Shown: positions 61,000-64,000 of the stretch, in pieces
Layout of the letters: the number at the start of each line of letters is the position of its first letter
Numbering within the stretch: the stretch's first letter is position 1
Assembly: GCA_005888735.1 (NCBI GenBank)
Contig: VBBN01000035.1
Coordinates: forward strand, 11,671 to 75,670
Direction of reading: 5' to 3'
DNA length: 64,000 nucleotides
DNA from: Candidatus Bathyarchaeota archaeon
GTDB taxonomy: Archaea; Thermoproteota; Bathyarchaeia; 40CM-2-53-6
Made by a program: the position numbers and the translations under genes
The notes under the pieces: generated by a model
The model's database searches: none
Told to the model about the DNA's origin: nothing
What the model saw: only the letters and a program-made list of their open reading frames with translations

Positions 61000-62136
61000 C
61001 TACTTCTTCACTGTCTGCGAGAGAAAAACTGTCGAGGCTTCCAGTTCATCCATAAACCCGCGACGTATTCTTACACCGGCCACTTCTACCAAGTCTCCAA
61101 GTCTGACACTGTCTGCGAACTCCGCGTGTTTGTCCCAGAGAGACACTCGAATTCTGCCGCTGCTATCCTCAATTCTGATATTTGAGACTCTCGCTTTTCG
61201 CCCCTCCCGGGTCTCAATCTCCCTAGCATCAGATCGTTCGACGACCTTTCCACATATGATTCGCAGCACGGGCTCCAGATTCAACGATCCGATGCGAGCC
61301 GGGGTAGGCGAGCTAGTAGCGGGCTGGTCACTTCGAGTGACTCTGGATGTCCGGCCGACGTTCACATAGAGCAAGCCGTTCCTCTCGGCCGCGTAGGCTC
61401 CCTCAACGAGGACATTCTCTCCTTCGCCTATAGCAAGCGCCACTTCACCTGTATCATCCCAGAATTTCACGATGACCAGACCCGTGTCGTCTTCACAGAG
61501 TGCTTGGACGGGGCCTTTCTCGGTTCTACCTTTCAGAAGCTTTCTGATCCTGAGCCTAATAGACGGCACAGGTCCCAACGCCTTGGGCAGGCTAGCCACC
61601 CGAGCCTGCCACGTCGGCCTGCCAATCGCAGTTGGACCATGGAGAACCTGAATACTGCTCCTCGACCCAAGATGGAACTCGGTCTCGCCCCCTCTCCCAT
61701 ACTTGGTGTAGCCATGCTCAAACCTGACGCGGGAACCAGTCGAAACCCCTTGCTGGGCAAAAAACACACCAACGTCGTCCCACATGACACAACTTACCCG
61801 CCCGGAACCGTCCTCCAGCCGCACCCTCAAAACCCTCCCGACTGACCCGTCCTGCCGATTGAATTCAGAAAGTTCACCAATAGACACTACCTCCCCGCCG
61901 ATTGAGGCATCCATAAGCCCAGCTTGCAAGCTAGCAATCCGCTGGTCTCCGACCCCAACGACTGGAATCGACACGGTCGAGAGTTGTTGTGCTAGTAGGC
62001 GAATCGCTCCCTCATCCGAGAGCAACCCGTGAGATTCTTGTTTCTTCTTCTCGACCAGAGTCAGCAACTCCTGGGGTTGAATATTCGGGTTTTGTGAGAG
62101 AATGAGATTCAACAAGTCCCTGAACTGGTCGTTCAT
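61000..62136 (-). CDS. Replication protein A / OB-fold ssDNA-binding protein
   Basis: N-terminal GLLSDEGAIRLLA helix bundle; three OB folds (D.SG...V.WD). Confidence 0.85.
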   Translation of the reverse strand: MNDQFRDLLNLILSQNPNIQPQELLTLVEKKKQESHGLLSDEGAIRLLAQQLSTVSIPVVGVGDQRIASLQAGLMDASIGGEVVSIGELSEFNRQDGSVGRVLRVRLEDGSGRVSCVMWDDVGVFFAQQGVSTGSRVRFEHGYTKYGRGGETEFHLGSRSSIQVLHGPTAIGRPTWQARVASLPKALGPVPSIRLRIRKLLKGRTEKGPVQALCEDDTGLVIVKFWDDTGEVALAIGEGENVLVEGAYAAERNGLLYVNVGRTSRVTRSDQPATSSPTPARIGSLNLEPVLRIICGKVVERSDAREIETREGRKARVSNIRIEDSSGRIRVSLWDKHAEFADSVRLGDLVEVAGVRIRRGFMDELEASTVFLSQTVKK

Positions 62137-62137
62137 G

Positions 62138-64000
62138 CTAGTCCCAGAACATTCGTGTACGCTCGAACGCTCGCTCAGCTTTCAGAACATCTAGATATAA
62201 GTCATCTTCTCTGACATGTCGACCCCGTAGGATCCTCGCAGCAGTGGTTGGTCCTACACCTCGCCCGGCTAAGACGATACCCGCTTTCCTTCCGTAGTTC
62301 TGTATGAGCCCGGCGGCTCGCCAAGCCGTCATCCATTCCTTTTCCTCTTCCTCGGTCAACTTCTTCCCACGCTTTTTCTTGGAAATCGTCGACGCTAGGC
62401 TGTCGTGGCTCAAGTATGTTGCGGCAACTAGAGACGACCGGCATTTCGGGCAACGGATCTGGTCGCGTAGCGTCTCAACAGTACGAATACTGTCCCACTC
62501 TCCGCAGTTCAGGCAAAGAAGTCGTTGCTTAACGTGTAAAAGGCGGGTCTTCACCACCTCGACAATCGACGCCTCTTCTACTGCTGGGCGAAGCAATCCA
62601 TGCGGAACAATGCGGTCCAGCAGAGGAACAGCAAAGGGAGTACACTCTCCGACGTCCTGGACAACGTCCAACTCCACTTCGTTGTCGTGGATCATTTCGA
62701 GTACGTGCTTCGCCCCTTCAACGTCTAACTTCTCGGCGAACAACTCTCTCCTCGTTTCGGCATTTGCAACTGAACCCTTGAAAATGTCGACGAGTTGCCG
62801 TGCTCCTCGTGCTTTGTACTCGGCCTCCCTGCTCACAACTCCCAATCGCCGGAGCACGTGCCAATGTCTCCAGGCGAAGAGGTCGGATGACTCCATAGTA
62901 TCCTGAATAATCCTCCCCAACTCATCACTGGTCAACCGGTCAATTTCCCCAGCCACCACAGCAGCACTTATCGGGTGGGGAAAGATGAGGGCAAACCGGT
63001 ACTGGTCCACTTGCGTCGCAATGTTCGCCCCAAGGCTCGATCCGAATATTGAAGCGAGAACGGTCACCAGCGTCTCGTTTACAAGGTTTCCAAAACATGA
63101 GTGAACGACAACACTGTTCTCGAATCCCTCGACCAATACCCGCTTATCGGAAGGAAGGCCCGCGTGCTTCTCGTGTGACCTAATCGTCGCCCTCGCCCGT
63201 TCCACCTCCTCAGACTCCAGCTCGGCCACCTCACCGTTTTCCCTGACCGTCCTCCTGAGCCGACCAACCTCGGATGCAACATCCATCTGAACAGGTATCA
63301 TGTCTCCCTCCCACCCTGGGATGGCGGTTAGGCTCGGAGGAGCGGGTTCAACCTCAACGTGCAGCTTCTCCTCGTCAACGGAGAGAACTTTCCAAGTCTG
63401 TCCATGAAGGATGAACTCAGCACCGCTGGCCAATCTCCTCGCGACAAAATCCTGGTCTAGGCTGCCAATCCTCCGTTTTCGAAAGAAGTCAAACACGCTA
63501 TACCGCTGAACATCTGGGATTACGGAGAGATTGCGGAAATAATACTGAATCGCATAGGGGTTGCGTGGCGAATAGCTTTCTCCCAGTTTCCTGACAAACC
63601 GTAGATCCTCCAATTGTCGGACCACACGTTCGAGTTCCTTCGCATCAGTCTCTCGGAAAGGATAGGAGCGACGGAAGATTTGGAGCATCTCGTCAAGGCT
63701 GACCCGTCGTTTCTGGAGCAGAAGACCAACAATTTGATGGGCTAGAACATCCCAAGCTTTCTCGTGGATAATCGGACGTTCAAGTCTACCTTCTCTAGCT
63801 CTTCTCACGAGAATCACGGATTCTAGTATGTCATCTGTTCCGATCGTCAACACCGTCCCTCGAGATGTTCCCCCTAGGGTATGGCCGCTTCGGCCCATTC
63901 TTTGAACCAGTCGTGTCGTTTCTCGGGGAGAGGTGAACTGAACAATGTAGTCAACACTACCAATGTCGATCCCCAGCTCCAATGAACTGGTGCATATCAG
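62138..64000 (-). CDS. lhr: Lhr-like SF2 helicase, C-terminal part (partial)
   Basis: TSSLELGIDIG, QRMGRSGH, DVLAHQI, C-terminal CxxC/CxxC and HhH (GVGP.TA.RIL). Confidence 0.9.
   Translation of the reverse strand: MICTSSLELGIDIGSVDYIVQFTSPRETTRLVQRMGRSGHTLGGTSRGTVLTIGTDDILESVILVRRAREGRLERPIIHEKAWDVLAHQIVGLLLQKRRVSLDEMLQIFRRSYPFRETDAKELERVVRQLEDLRFVRKLGESYSPRNPYAIQYYFRNLSVIPDVQRYSVFDFFRKRRIGSLDQDFVARRLASGAEFILHGQTWKVLSVDEEKLHVEVEPAPPSLTAIPGWEGDMIPVQMDVASEVGRLRRTVRENGEVAELESEEVERARATIRSHEKHAGLPSDKRVLVEGFENSVVVHSCFGNLVNETLVTVLASIFGSSLGANIATQVDQYRFALIFPHPISAAVVAGEIDRLTSDELGRIIQDTMESSDLFAWRHWHVLRRLGVVSREAEYKARGARQLVDIFKGSVANAETRRELFAEKLDVEGAKHVLEMIHDNEVELDVVQDVGECTPFAVPLLDRIVPHGLLRPAVEEASIVEVVKTRLLHVKQRLLCLNCGEWDSIRTVETLRDQIRCPKCRSSLVAATYLSHDSLASTISKKKRGKKLTEEEEKEWMTAWRAAGLIQNYGRKAGIVLAGRGVGPTTAARILRGRHVREDDLYLDVLKAERAFERTRMFWD

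Noticed and set aside
1..64000. CRISPR arrays, tRNA/rRNA genes, transposases, integrases, and most short antisense ORFs in the track
   Set aside because: None recognised by eye, although split or intron-containing tRNAs could be missed. The short antisense ORFs overlap well-supported genes and lack motifs.

Overview
Gene-dense archaeal chromosome segment. Alba, thermosome, RadA, Sec61beta, Lhr, RPA and a KaiC-like ATPase point to a TACK-type lineage, plausibly Bathyarchaeia-like (inference). About 60 CDSs cover housekeeping, transport, trehalose metabolism and surface proteins; I found no rRNA, tRNA, CRISPR array or transposase. Top finding: the PolB2-type DNA polymerase gene (33532-35784) is interrupted inside catalytic motif B by a 24-nt element (34928-34951) that creates an in-frame TAG and folds into a bulge-helix-bulge. 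Cutting at the canonical BHB positions restores ...KWILVCS-F-GYLG exactly, so this is a candidate tRNA-type intron in an mRNA, next to RadA and an inactivated RadA paralog. Also notable: two paralogous modules of an Ig-like surface protein plus a MinD/ParA ATPase (one with V4R) sharing a conserved cytoplasmic tail, a two-gene ThyX, a duplicated KaiC tail, a PadR-type operator, several small unannotated Zn-finger ORFs, and several single-base lesions (pseudogenes or assembly errors). Family assignments come from motif recognition by eye, not database searches.
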